Part shown: positions 28,939-38,373 of the stretch, in pieces | Numbering within the stretch: the first letter of the stretch is position 1 | Layout: every line of letters starts with the position of its first letter | Translations under genes and position numbers: made by a program | Origin: a plasmid | Reading direction: 5' to 3' (one strand) | DNA: 64,000 nucleotides | Sequence record: NZ_CP025192.1 | The notes under the pieces: model-generated | What the model was told of the DNA's origin: nothing | The model's database searches: none | Seen by the model: only the letters and a program-made list of their open reading frames with translations

Positions 28939-29867
28939 ATGGCCTCCTGGTGGGGCTTCGGGAGGGTGCGGGGGCGCCGCAGGCAGCGCTCCCCGGGGGG
29001 CGGCAGGCCGGGCATGTCGGCCCGCGCGTACCGGCCCCAGCCGATGCGGACCACCAGCCCCGCGACGCGCAGGGCACGCAGATGGCCGGTGACGTTCGAC
29101 ACCGAGCGGCCGACCTCGCCGGCGATGTCGCAGGCCTGCCGCGGGGTCTCCAGACAGGCCAGGATGGCGTCGCCCACGCGCCGCGGCCGCCGCCTCGGAT
29201 TCCCGCCCGACGGGGCCGGCAGGGAGACCAATCCCGTCCGTGAGGTTTCGGTCGCCACGTAGCGGCCGTGGCCGGTGCGGGCCAACTCGCCGCCGCGCAG
29301 CAGCGTCTGCGCCAGGTCGTTCACCCGCGACGTCGGCAGGTCCAGTGCCCAGGCCACGTCCTGGATGCGAAGTTCCTGCCCCGGTGCCGCCAGCAGGGCG
29401 CCACGCACCACCATCAGCTCCAGCGCACCGAGGCGGCTCGGCGTCAGGGGGCGCGTGCCGGCGCAGTGCCAGCGCAGCACCCGTTTCCGGTGACTTTCCG
29501 CGCTGCCGAGGCGGACCAGCGCCTGCAATTCGGTGGCAGCCGTGTCCATGGGCAGGCCGCTGCGCGCCGCGACATCGGCGAGGTCGATCAAGGCTCCACC
29601 CGCGAGCGCTGCCGCCACGCGCCGGCTCGGGGACCAATCCGGGGCAACCGGCCCATCCCGCAGGCCCGAGAGCGCATCGCGGGCGATCAGCAGGTCCTGG
29701 CAGTAGGGGCGCACCCGGCCGTCGCGGCAGAGCCGCAGCAGCCTCCGCGCCACCACGAGCGGCGCGGCGCCGCAGCGCCGGGCGAGATCCGCGACCCCTC
29801 GCGGCGTCGACAGCGCGGCCAGGAGGCGACCCGGCAGATCCTTTTCCATGGCCCGGGGTGCCGTCAT
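28932..29867 (-). CDS. protein built of four tandem winged-HTH-like repeats (putative DNA-binding)
   Basis: Four segments of about 60 aa share the pattern L..L....R.ADLA...G..........L..L...G.V.R...GRY. Translationally coupled to dotL upstream and to the small ORF downstream. Confidence 0.5.
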   Translation of the reverse strand: MTAPRAMEKDLPGRLLAALSTPRGVADLARRCGAAPLVVARRLLRLCRDGRVRPYCQDLLIARDALSGLRDGPVAPDWSPSRRVAAALAGGALIDLADVAARSGLPMDTAATELQALVRLGSAESHRKRVLRWHCAGTRPLTPSRLGALELMVVRGALLAAPGQELRIQDVAWALDLPTSRVNDLAQTLLRGGELARTGHGRYVATETSRTGLVSLPAPSGGNPRRRPRRVGDAILACLETPRQACDIAGEVGRSVSNVTGHLRALRVAGLVVRIGWGRYARADMPGLPPPGERCLRRPRTLPKPHQEAMP

Positions 29868-32179
29868 GCCACGAGCCGCGTGACCAGGGAGCGCAGGAGC
29901 TCCGCAAGGACCTCCGGCGGCATCGGCGGCGGCTCGGGCAGGGTGATGACCCTGGCCTCGGCCACCGTCGCGCCGATCGCCGCCGCAGTGGCCCGGGCTT
30001 CCGCCGGATCGCTGCCGGCCTGCCGCTCGATGGCGGCCACCGCCTGTTCCAGACGCGGGTCGCGCCCCATGCCGAAGGTGCCGGCCGCCACGACCGACGC
30101 GGCGCCCGCCGCCTCCGGCGCTGCCCGGGTCGCCGTCTCCAGCATCGTGGTGCTCGACGTGCTGGGCGGCTCCGTCCCGGCCTCGCTGGCAGGGCGCGGC
30201 ACCTCCACCGTCCCGGCGGCGGCCAGGGCCACGGCTGCCGCCTCATCCAGGGTCGGCGCTGCCGCCGTCTCCGCAGCTGCCAGCATCGCCGCGAGGACCG
30301 GATCGTTCTCGGCCGCCTCCCGCCCAACCGGGACCAGCCCCTTACCGATCTGGGCCGACACCTCGCCGATCCGCTCTGCCGTCTTCCTGGTGTCCTCGGA
30401 GGGGCCGTGTAGCAGCACCGGGCGGTTGCGGCGGATCGACCCCTCGACCGGGATATCGGCGTGGAACAGCTTCGCGTAGATGCGCCGGCCGCCCAGCATG
30501 ACGATCGCCTCGCCCTCCAGCAGCCGCTGCAGATCCGACCAGGCGACGCGGTTGACCTTGCGGACCTCGGCCGAGGGACCCTCGCGGTAGTTGCCCGCCT
30601 CGCCCGCCACGAAGCTGGTGGCCTGCGTCACCTCGGTCTCGCCGGCGGTCTTCTCGATCCAGTCGCGGGTGCGCTGCGCGTCCTGCTGGCGCATGGCGAT
30701 GGTCAGGTTGGCGTTGCCGAGCAGCGAGGCGGTCTTCTCGCCGAGCCGGGCCCAGAGGCCGCTGACCTCCTGGAAGGCCAGCCAGAAGCAGATGTTGAGG
30801 CCGCGCCCCATCGCCAGCATGCGGTCCATGCCGTTGGTGGCGTAGTAGGCCAGCTCGTCGAACACGACGTAGAACGGTCCCTCGCCCATGCCGGGCTTGA
30901 GCGCGAAGATCTCGCGGCTGTCGCCCTCCAGCCGGGCGCCGAGCAGCTGCGCCAGCATGCCGCGCAGGCTGGCCACGACGATCTTGCCCAGCGAGGCCAG
31001 GGTGTCGTCGGAGTTCTCCAGCGCCGGCAGGTTGACGACGAGGATGCGCCGGTTCAGCACCACGTCGCGCATGTCGATGTCACCATGCAGCACCTTGAAG
31101 ATGTGGCCGAGGCTGACCGAGAGCTGCGTGAAGGGGCCGGTGAAGTAGAACAGCGCGAAGCCATGCTGCTTGGAGGGTTCCTCGCCCTTCTGCTTGTTGA
31201 AGGGCTGGGTGGTGTCGTAGCCCGGCAGCTCGCCGAGATAGGCGTTCAGCGGGTAGATGATCTCCTCGGGCATGTTGTTGACGTGGATCTCCGTCACCGT
31301 GCCGCTGATACCCTCGCGGTGCAGGAAGATTCTCCGGGTGGCGAGCGTGCCGATGGAGCGCAGCTCCAGCGCGAAGCGGATGGTCTCGATGTTGACCGGG
31401 ATGCCCCGGTTGTCGCGCATCCAGACCAGCACCGGGGCGATGGTGCCGACCAGCGCGATGGCGCGGGTGCGGAAGACGCCGTTGCTGTCCTCGGAGCGCT
31501 GCTCGCCCAGCTGGCTGACCAGCATCTCGCGCAGCGCGTCGGCATTGCCCGAGGCGAAGGGATTGAAGGTGTTGCTGTCCTTCACGCCGGAGGCGACGAG
31601 GAGGTTGAGGGCGAGCAGGTCGTCCTCGCGGCCGTAGCGCCGCAGCAGCGCCGCCACCTGGCCGAACAGCTGGTTGTCGGCCTTGCCGTCCACCAGCACG
31701 AAGCCCGAGCCCTGGGCGAGCGCGTTGGTCAGCAGGCTCAGGATGGCGGTTGTCTTGCCGGCGCCGGTGGTGCCGGGGATGGTGCCGTGCTGGCGGGCAT
31801 CCTCGTTGGTGATCCACAGCTCCTGCCCGCTCACCTGGTCGTTGCCGATGTAGAGGCTGCCCGCGGCCATGCGCGGGCGGCGGTCCTTGGGGCTGGGGTA
31901 GTTCCAGTCCGGCTGCGCGGCGCTGCGCGGCAGGCGCAGCGGCAGCCTGATACGCCGGCGCATCACCCAGGCCGCATAGGCGAGCGACCCCGGCACCAGC
32001 AGGTCGATGGCGGCCGGGTAGAGGAAGGCCACGGCCGCCGTCGTGCTCAGCAGGAGGCCGGAGAACTGGCTGCCGAGCAGGTCCGCGAGCCGGACGGTGA
32101 AGGGCCGCACGTCGCGGTACCCCATCCCGCCGCCGCGCTCGAATTGACTCTGCGGCCCGGAGATCTCGCGCTGGATCAT
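29864..32179 (-). CDS. dotL: type IVB coupling protein DotL/IcmO (TrbC of I-type plasmids)
   Basis: 771 aa from MIQREIS. Two N-terminal TM helices, Walker A GTTGAGKTT, and the size and architecture of DotL. The upstream in-frame Arg/Pro-rich extension is rejected. Confidence 0.8.
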   Translation of the reverse strand: MIQREISGPQSQFERGGGMGYRDVRPFTVRLADLLGSQFSGLLLSTTAAVAFLYPAAIDLLVPGSLAYAAWVMRRRIRLPLRLPRSAAQPDWNYPSPKDRRPRMAAGSLYIGNDQVSGQELWITNEDARQHGTIPGTTGAGKTTAILSLLTNALAQGSGFVLVDGKADNQLFGQVAALLRRYGREDDLLALNLLVASGVKDSNTFNPFASGNADALREMLVSQLGEQRSEDSNGVFRTRAIALVGTIAPVLVWMRDNRGIPVNIETIRFALELRSIGTLATRRIFLHREGISGTVTEIHVNNMPEEIIYPLNAYLGELPGYDTTQPFNKQKGEEPSKQHGFALFYFTGPFTQLSVSLGHIFKVLHGDIDMRDVVLNRRILVVNLPALENSDDTLASLGKIVVASLRGMLAQLLGARLEGDSREIFALKPGMGEGPFYVVFDELAYYATNGMDRMLAMGRGLNICFWLAFQEVSGLWARLGEKTASLLGNANLTIAMRQQDAQRTRDWIEKTAGETEVTQATSFVAGEAGNYREGPSAEVRKVNRVAWSDLQRLLEGEAIVMLGGRRIYAKLFHADIPVEGSIRRNRPVLLHGPSEDTRKTAERIGEVSAQIGKGLVPVGREAAENDPVLAAMLAAAETAAAPTLDEAAAVALAAAGTVEVPRPASEAGTEPPSTSSTTMLETATRAAPEAAGAASVVAAGTFGMGRDPRLEQAVAAIERQAGSDPAEARATAAAIGATVAEARVITLPEPPPMPPEVLAELLRSLVTRLVA

Positions 32180-32725
32180 GGCGTGGCGCTCAGCGTTCCA
32201 GCCCGAAGCCGTCGCGCGCCGGCCGCGCGGGGCCAGGGGCCGCAGCCGCCGGTACGGTGGGCGGCCGGGGCGTGGCGGCCTGGGGCAATGGCGCCGTGCC
32301 CGGTGGCACGGAGGGTGGCAGCACGACCGGTCCCTGGCCGAGCTGCTGCCGCAGCTGCTGCATCGGCGACGGGCCGGGTACCGGCAGGTCGGCGCCGGGC
32401 TGCGGACCACGCGGTGGGGGCGGCTGGGAGAGCGACGCCCGGGCTCCGGCGTCGGCGCTCGCCAGCCGCTCCGCCCTGCCGCTTTCCGCGTTGCCGCCGA
32501 GGATCGCGCCGCCCGTGAAGGACAGGACCGTGCAGGCAACCAGGACGACCCAGTCGAAGCGGTTCCGCACGGCTCGCACGGTGGTCGCTTCCGACACCTT
32601 TCCGGCTGCCCTTTCGGAATCGCCGAGGTGGAAGTGGACATGCACGGGCCGGCCCGCGTCCTGCTGCGGGACCGACGCGACGGTCCGGCCCAGGAAGTCG
32701 GCGAGCGGGCTCTCGGGGTTGGGGT

Positions 32726-33907
32726 TCACGGCTGCGTCCTCGCTGTCTGCTCCTCGGCATGCTGGAGGAGCGCGATGCGAACGGCCCGCTCCGCCTCGTC
32801 GAGCTGCGGTGGGAACAGGGGACAGCGAGCCTGGCGCTCGGCCTGCCAGTGCGAGCGCGAACCGACCGCCTCGACCCGTGGATTGGGCTGGCTGTTCTGC
32901 CCGGGGCCGTGGCCGGGGAAGCCCAGCGAATGCAGGGCGTACCAGAGGGAGCGGTCGAGCAGCTTGAGGCCGTTGAACTGCGCCGGGGCGAGGATGCCGG
33001 ACTCCAGCCGCGCGGCGTTGAGCAGCCCCATCAGGGCGGTGGTCTCGTAGGCGTGGCGGGCAGCCGCCGCCTCGGCCGCCTCGTGCGCCGCTCCCTCGGC
33101 CAGCACGGCATCGGCCCGCAGCAGCACCGCCGGAGGGACCGGCAGGCTCTCCGCAGGGCCGGTGGGCGACGGATCACGGGCCTGCCCCAGCGCCTCGGCG
33201 AGATCGCCCAGCAGCTGCTGGCATTCCTCGCGCCGCCCGCTTAGGTGCAGCGCGAAGGCCGCGAAGATGACGCGCCCCGCCGGGGAGGCCCGGCGCGGGC
33301 CGCGCCAGACGGGGCCGAGCTGAAGGAGCAGCGCCTGCCGCAGCCTGGTCCCGTCCACCTCTCCCTTGGCATCGAGGCAGAAGCGGCCGGCCCATTCCTG
33401 GACGTGCAGGGCGGGATCGGCCGGCCGAGGCGCCTTGGGAGCCGGATCGACGAGCTTCAGGTGCCGGCCGAGCATGGCACTGGCCGCCCGGTAGAAGCGG
33501 GCCTGCTCGCGCAGCAGGCCGTCGAGGTCGAAGCGCCGCCGAAAGCGGCCCGGCGGCGCCCCGACGAAGCAGAGCACGGCCAGGGCGCCGATCAGCCCGG
33601 CCGCCGGCCACCGGAAGAAGCCGTTGACCTGCCCGCACATCGCCACCAGGCGCTCGAAGCTGACGGTCGCGTAGTTGCCGTGGATCACGCCCTGCCGCAG
33701 CGCCTCGTAGCCGTCGGTGAAACGGCCGATGAAGGTCATCTTGCGGATCTGCAGCCAGGCCACCGCCTCGACCACCTCGCGGTGGTAGCTCGACCACAGC
33801 ATCCAGCCGAGGAAGCCGCAGCCGATGACGATCACGATCAGGCTGAGGAAGACGTAGTCGTCGCTCGACGCCCAGCCGCGGCGGGCGCCACCTCCCGCCG
33901 TGCTCAT
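32726..33907 (-). CDS. dotM: DotM/IcmP-like inner-membrane protein (TrbA-like)
   Basis: 393 aa with N-terminal TM helices and a large cytoplasmic domain. Position immediately upstream of dotL matches the icmP-icmO order. Confidence 0.55.
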   Translation of the reverse strand: MSTAGGGARRGWASSDDYVFLSLIVIVIGCGFLGWMLWSSYHREVVEAVAWLQIRKMTFIGRFTDGYEALRQGVIHGNYATVSFERLVAMCGQVNGFFRWPAAGLIGALAVLCFVGAPPGRFRRRFDLDGLLREQARFYRAASAMLGRHLKLVDPAPKAPRPADPALHVQEWAGRFCLDAKGEVDGTRLRQALLLQLGPVWRGPRRASPAGRVIFAAFALHLSGRREECQQLLGDLAEALGQARDPSPTGPAESLPVPPAVLLRADAVLAEGAAHEAAEAAAARHAYETTALMGLLNAARLESGILAPAQFNGLKLLDRSLWYALHSLGFPGHGPGQNSQPNPRVEAVGSRSHWQAERQARCPLFPPQLDEAERAVRIALLQHAEEQTARTQP

Positions 33908-34360
33908 GCCGGGGCTCCGAAGAACACGATGTTGGCGTGGTGCCGTCTTGGCTCGATGCCTTGCCGCTCCGCCGGCTGGGTGCCGTCATAGCCTGGCAGC
34001 GCCGCGAGATAGAGGTTCAGCGGCCAGACGATGCCCTCGGGCATCGCCCGGGCATCGACCTCCATCACCTCGCCGCCGATCCGTCGCCGGAAGCGGCGCC
34101 GGGTGGCGAGGGCGGCGATCGAGGACAGCTCCATCGCGAAGCGCACCGCCGCGTTGTCGAGCGGCAGGCCGGTGTGGTCGCGCATCCAGACCAGCACCGG
34201 GGACAGCGCCCGGATCAGCCGGGCCGCCAGGCTGCGCCAGGGGCCGTGGCAAACCGCGCGGAAGCCCGTCATGCGGCGCAGCAACGCGAGGCTGACCGCC
34301 TCGGCGTCGCCGTCGCGCAGGGCATCGGGCGGGCGGTCGGGAAAGCAGGCGCTGGCCATG
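33904..34360 (-). CDS. paralogous fragment of the DotL middle domain (about 150 aa; stand-alone protein or pseudogene)
   Basis: LSPVLVWMRDHTGLPLDNAAVRFAMELSSIAALATRR...PLNLYLAALPGYDGTQP aligns at roughly 45 percent identity with residues about 395-515 of the dotL product in this window. Confidence 0.5.
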
Positions 34361-34399
34361 CGGGTCTCCGGTCTCATACGCGGAATCTGCCCTGGCTCC

Positions 34400-34409
34400 T
34401 TGCGAACGG
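34400..34409 (-). promoter_or_regulatory. instance of the recurring motif (coding-strand CCGTTCGCAAGG), 40-49 bp upstream of the dotL-fragment operon start
   Basis: One of at least seven intergenic occurrences of (A/T)TGCGAAC(G/A)G and its complement inside the T4BSS cluster. Confidence 0.45.
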
Positions 34410-34415
34410 CGCCGC

Positions 34416-34928
34416 TCAGGGTGTGCCCCTGGACCCCGTGCCGCTGGTCCGGTCGCGCAGCCGCAGGACCTGGGTCAGCACCTGGCGCAGATAGCGGTCC
34501 TTGTAGACCTCGGTGCGGGAGTGGTAGCGGCCGACACCCTCCCAGAAGTCGCCGCCGGCGCTGTCGAGGGCCGTGCGAAGGATCCAGGCGCCCGCCTCGA
34601 CATTGGCGCAGAAATTGTTGAGCAACGCCTCGCGCGCGGCGGCGACGCTGGTCCCCCAGCGCCGGGCGATGGCCGGCAGGTGGATCTCGTTGATCTGCAT
34701 CGGGCCGATATCGACCGTGCCGTTGGTGTTGCCGCTGGTCCGGCCGATCGAGCCGCCCTCGACCGCGAGCAGCACCGCGATCACGCCCGGTGGCACCCGG
34801 TGCAGCGCCGCCGCGGCGCGGATGCACTCGGTCACCGCCGTCACCGTGGCGTCGGAGACGTCGTCTGCCCTGGCTTGCCCCACCAGGAGGTAGGGGAGGA
34901 TGGCGGCAGCCAGCAGGGTGGCTCTCAT
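34416..34928 (-). CDS. lytic transglycosylase (SLT domain), VirB1/TrbN-like
   Basis: Signal peptide. SLT motifs AVEGGSIGRTSGNTNGTVDIGPMQIN and AGAWIL. Confidence 0.8.
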   Translation of the reverse strand: MRATLLAAAILPYLLVGQARADDVSDATVTAVTECIRAAAALHRVPPGVIAVLLAVEGGSIGRTSGNTNGTVDIGPMQINEIHLPAIARRWGTSVAAAREALLNNFCANVEAGAWILRTALDSAGGDFWEGVGRYHSRTEVYKDRYLRQVLTQVLRLRDRTSGTGSRGTP

Positions 34929-35351
34929 GGGCTGGCTCCCGGGGCCGGGCGCCGGGGTGGGGAGGCCTCCGCGCGCAGCGTGCGCCAGACCTCGGCGAAG
35001 TCGTTGACGACCAGCGCGGTCGGGCCGCCGGTCCGGTGGATCGCCTCCAGCGCCGAGAGGGCGACCACCGTGAAGGGCTCGCCCCGCACCCCTGCCACCC
35101 GGTAGCCCAGCAGCGCGGCGGGATCGCGGTGCTGCTCGACGCCCAGCCCGCGCCCGGTGGCCGCCTGCCAGACGGCGCCGGCGGCGGCGAGGATGCTGGG
35201 CATCACCCCGTCCGGTGCGCCGGCCAGATCGGCGGGCAGGCGGTGCAGCCGGCCGGAACCCTCGTCGCGCAGCAGCAGGGGCCGGCCATCGCGCTCGACC
35301 ATCGCCTGCAGGGCGCGGCCGAGCCGGTCGAGATCCAGGGGCGGGCTCATG
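34925..35351 (-). CDS. hypothetical cytoplasmic protein (142 aa) in the icmS position after icmT
   Basis: Start at MSPPLDLDRLG. Sits between icmT and the SLT gene. Family not recognised. Confidence 0.45.
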
Positions 35352-35597
35352 CCAGCCTCCGGCGGCGCCAGGCGGGGACGGCGGGCCGCAGCCGGCCGAC
35401 CAGCCAGCGGCGCAGCACCCGCAGCAGCGCCGGCACCGTCAGCCCGAAGAAGCTGATCGTGCCGAAGAACACGGTGCCGGCGAGGGCGACGTAGAGGGTG
35501 GCCCAGCTCCAGTAGACCACGAAGCACAGCACCGGCAGGCAGGCGCGGGCGTCGAGCATGAGGATGCGCACGGGCAGGGCGGTGTTGCGCCACATCA
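35347..35597 (-). CDS. icmT: IcmT/TraK-family small membrane protein
   Basis: 83 aa. MWRNTALPVRILMLDARACLPVLCF fits the IcmT N-terminal WRDSARxxRFFxLDAR pattern, followed by TM helices. Directly downstream of dotB, as in dotDCB-icmT and traHIJK. Confidence 0.65.
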
Positions 35598-36782
35598 GCC
35601 GATCTCCTTGAGCGCGCGGGCCGCCACGGCCTCGGTGATCCGGCCCTGTTCCAGGGCCGAGCGGATCGAGGCGGTGAAGCTCTGACCCTGGGTGTCGACC
35701 GCCTCGCGGGTGATGACCGGCCAGGCGCCGGGATCGGCCCGCAGCAGCCGGGTCCGCAGCCCGGCATCGAAGGCGAGGAACTCGCGGATCGCGGTCCGGC
35801 GGCCGTCGGCCGAGGGCAGCAGGCGCTGGTTGACGACGAGGCGCAGCGACTGCGCGACCGAGGCCACGAGGTTGTCGCGCTCGTCGCGCGGGCACAGGGT
35901 GGTGATGCGCTGCATGGTCAGCGGCACGTCGTCGGCGTGGATGGTGGTGGTCAGCGCGTGGCCGGAGATGGCGGCGTGGATCGAGGCGGCCATGGTGGCG
36001 CTGTCGCGGCACTCGCCGACGATGATGTCGGTGGGCTCGCGGCGCATGCAGCCGCGGATGAAGGCCTCGAAGCTGGGCAGGTCGCGCGGCACCTCGGTCT
36101 GGGCCATGGTGGAGCTGGCGGTCGGGAAGCGGTCGAGCAGGAACTCGACCGGCGCCGCCGCCTCCTGGATGTTGTAGTGCCCCTCCGGGTCGGCCAGCTT
36201 GGCCACCGTCATGCCGGCGATCAGGGTGGACTTCCCCGAGCCGGTGCCGCCCGAGACGATCACCATGCCGCGCTCGGGAAAGCAGGCGGCGAGGATGCCG
36301 GGCTCGACCAGCTGCTGGGCCAGCGAGGGCGGCAGGTCGGGGATCGGGCGCAGCACGATGTTGGCGCCCTCGCGCCGCGCCGCGCGGATCGGGGTGGCGT
36401 TGAGCCGGAAGCGCAGCCGGCGCGAGCGGGACAGGCCCACCTCGTAGCTGACGTCGAAGTCGGAGCCGCCCTGCAGGCGGGCGGTGCCGTCGGCGCCGTA
36501 GAGGTGGTTGGTGATGTCGCCGAGCTCGACCTCGCTCAGCATGCCGCGCGTGGCGCGGCGGTTGCGGCCGTGGATGCGGACCCAGACCGGGTGGCCGGTC
36601 TGGAAGGCGATGCGCGAGGCGCCGTGCTCGTAGGCCCAGACCAGTAGCGCATCCAGCCCCGGCGCCTGCTTGCGTGGCTCCGTCACCCAGCGCTGGCCTT
36701 CGCCGGGCCAGGGATCCGGGTCGCGCGCCGGGGCGGTCGCCTCGCCGACTTCGGCTGGCAGCGGCAGGACGAGGTTCATCGG
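35595..36782 (-). CDS. dotB: DotB ATPase (VirB11/PilT-like)
   Basis: 395 aa from MNLVLPL. Walker A GGTGSGKST, Asp box and His box of the secretion ATPase superfamily. Confidence 0.85.
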   Translation of the reverse strand, partial: PMNLVLPLPAEVGEATAPARDPDPWPGEGQRWVTEPRKQAPGLDALLVWAYEHGASRIAFQTGHPVWVRIHGRNRRATRGMLSEVELGDITNHLYGADGTARLQGGSDFDVSYEVGLSRSRRLRFRLNATPIRAARREGANIVLRPIPDLPPSLAQQLVEPGILAACFPERGMVIVSGGTGSGKSTLIAGMTVAKLADPEGHYNIQEAAAPVEFLLDRFPTASSTMAQTEVPRDLPSFEAFIRGCMRREPTDIIVGECRDSATMAASIHAAISGHALTTTIHADDVPLTMQRITTLCPRDERDNLVASVAQSLRLVVNQRLLPSADGRRTAIREFLAFDAGLRTRLLRADPGAWPVITREAVDTQGQSFTASIRSALEQGRITEAVAARALKEIG

Positions 36783-37741
36783 CAGCCTGCCCCAGGCTGC
36801 CAGCGCCGGATATTCGCCTGCAGACCGGGCTGCTCGGTGATGCGCACCACCCGGTCGCCGATGTTCAGCCGCGACCGGCCGCCCTCGGTGTTGCGGGTCT
36901 CGAAGGCGACCCGCGGCTCCTCCACCAGCCCGGCGCGCAGCAGCACCCGGTAGCGGGCCATGCCGACGATGTCGCGCTGCAACCGGCCGAGATCGGAGAG
37001 GAAGATCGTCACCGCCTGCTTCTCGCCCTGGGCCCAACCCTCGGCGACGCCACGGTTCCAGTAGGCCACCTCCTGGCGGGTGCGCGGCAGTGCCGCGTCG
37101 GCCGGGCGGGCCGGGCTGCCCCAGGCACGGACCAGGTAGGAGCGCCAGTCCGGCGGCGCGGAGGTCAGCTGTGCCTCGCGGGTGATCTCGAAGATGCAGG
37201 AGGTCTCGCGCGCCACCTGGCCGTTCTCGCCCAGCGCGAAGGCCATCTGCGCCTCGGAGACGATGGGCGGGCGCATCAGCGTCTGGCCGCCGCCCACCGG
37301 CAGCACCAGGGGGCGGAAGTCGTAGGTGGCGGTGAGCTGGGCCTCGTAGCGGCGCAGCATCTCGTTGATGGCGAAAGAGCGGGCGGCGAGGCCGCCCTGG
37401 GCGCCATAGGTCATGGCGGCCTGCCGGAGCACCTCGGCGCGGCCGGTCTCCAGCCCGTCGCCGGGCAGGTCGCCCGGGCGGGCGGCCTGCAGCGCCTCCA
37501 GCGAGGGCGGGGCGTCGCCACCCTCCACCACCGGCATGTTGCCGGCGCCGGTGATCGGCTGGTTCAGCTGGCTGGCGAGCGACCGGGCGGCGGCGTCGTA
37601 CTGCGCCTCGTTGGGCATGGGCGGGCTGGGGAGGAGGCGCACCGAACCCTCGGCACGCACGCCAGGGGCGAAGGCCAGGGCGAGGAGGGCGGTCGCGGCG
37701 AGCAGCGCCGGGCGCCGCGGGGCGGGGCGGGGCTCAGACAC
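36776..37741 (-). CDS. dotC: DotC-like outer-membrane lipoprotein, GTG start
   Basis: About 320 aa with a signal peptide (LLAATALLALAFAPG). Sits between dotD and dotB as in Legionella dotDCB and R64 traHIJ. Confidence 0.6.
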   Translation of the reverse strand: MSEPRPAPRRPALLAATALLALAFAPGVRAEGSVRLLPSPPMPNEAQYDAAARSLASQLNQPITGAGNMPVVEGGDAPPSLEALQAARPGDLPGDGLETGRAEVLRQAAMTYGAQGGLAARSFAINEMLRRYEAQLTATYDFRPLVLPVGGGQTLMRPPIVSEAQMAFALGENGQVARETSCIFEITREAQLTSAPPDWRSYLVRAWGSPARPADAALPRTRQEVAYWNRGVAEGWAQGEKQAVTIFLSDLGRLQRDIVGMARYRVLLRAGLVEEPRVAFETRNTEGGRSRLNIGDRVVRITEQPGLQANIRRWQPGAGCR

Positions 37742-38216
37742 GATGCACCACCTGGACCGTGCGGGAGGCCGGATCGAGCTGCACCGTGGCATAGGCCCCG
37801 GCCTGCTCGCCGAGGGCGGCGAAGGCGTCCACGACCGTGGTGGCGGGCAGGTTGAGCGAGACCGGCACGGGCTGCGGCCGCTCGACTCCCTCGACGCTCG
37901 ACACCACCACCCGGTAGCCCACGACATCGGCGAGCTTGCGCACGCCATCGGCCAGCGGGCCGTTCCAGGCGAAGGCGATGGGACGCTGCAGCTCCTCCGG
38001 CACCACGCGGCCGCGACGGGCGGTGAGGTCCACCCGGCTGACGCCGCCGAGCTGCGAGAGCTGCTGCCCCACCTGCTCCATCGACTGGCGGAGCGCGATC
38101 TCCGGGTTGGGCATGCCGGGGGTTGCGATCTCGGCCGTGGGGCCGCCCGTGGCGCAGCCCGCGAGGCCGACCAACCCCATCAAGGCCAGCATCAGCCGGC
38201 TGTTCATCCTCGCCAT
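37734..38216 (-). CDS. dotD: DotD-like lipoprotein
   Basis: 160 aa. Lipobox LAGC. Size and position match DotD/TraH. Confidence 0.65.
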   Translation of the reverse strand: MARMNSRLMLALMGLVGLAGCATGGPTAEIATPGMPNPEIALRQSMEQVGQQLSQLGGVSRVDLTARRGRVVPEELQRPIAFAWNGPLADGVRKLADVVGYRVVVSSVEGVERPQPVPVSLNLPATTVVDAFAALGEQAGAYATVQLDPASRTVQVVHRV

Positions 38217-38256
38217 GCGGGACCTCCGTTCCTATGCGTGAAGCATGGAGCGGAGC

Positions 38257-38267
38257 GATGCGAACGG
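38257..38267 (-). promoter_or_regulatory. recurring motif GATGCGAACGG, 41-51 bp upstream of dotD
   Basis: Same motif. A second inverted copy lies at 38341-38350 and a partial one at 38295-38303 in the same intergenic region. Confidence 0.45.
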
Positions 38268-38373
38268 GAGGCCTCCCTTTGCAGCTGCGGGCTCGTTCGC
38301 CGACCTGTCAGGCTGACGAGGACGGGGCTACGAATCCTGTGTTCGCATCGAACACGGCCCCTATGCGACGCGA

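Noticed and set aside
28603-30479. Long Arg/Pro-rich ORFs: the N-terminal extension of the 574-aa minus ORF, and the plus-strand ORFs 29240-30412 and 29268-30479
   Set aside because: Low-complexity composition, overlapping the well-supported dotL, wHTH and small ORFs. Similar artefactual N-terminal extensions were trimmed from the icmG, icmE, icmD, dotB, dotL, icmJ and vapC calls.
34393-34406. Sigma-54-like reading of CTGGCTCCTTGCG at the motif sites
   Set aside because: The GG-to-GC spacing is 6 nt rather than 10, and the orientation is opposite to the downstream genes.
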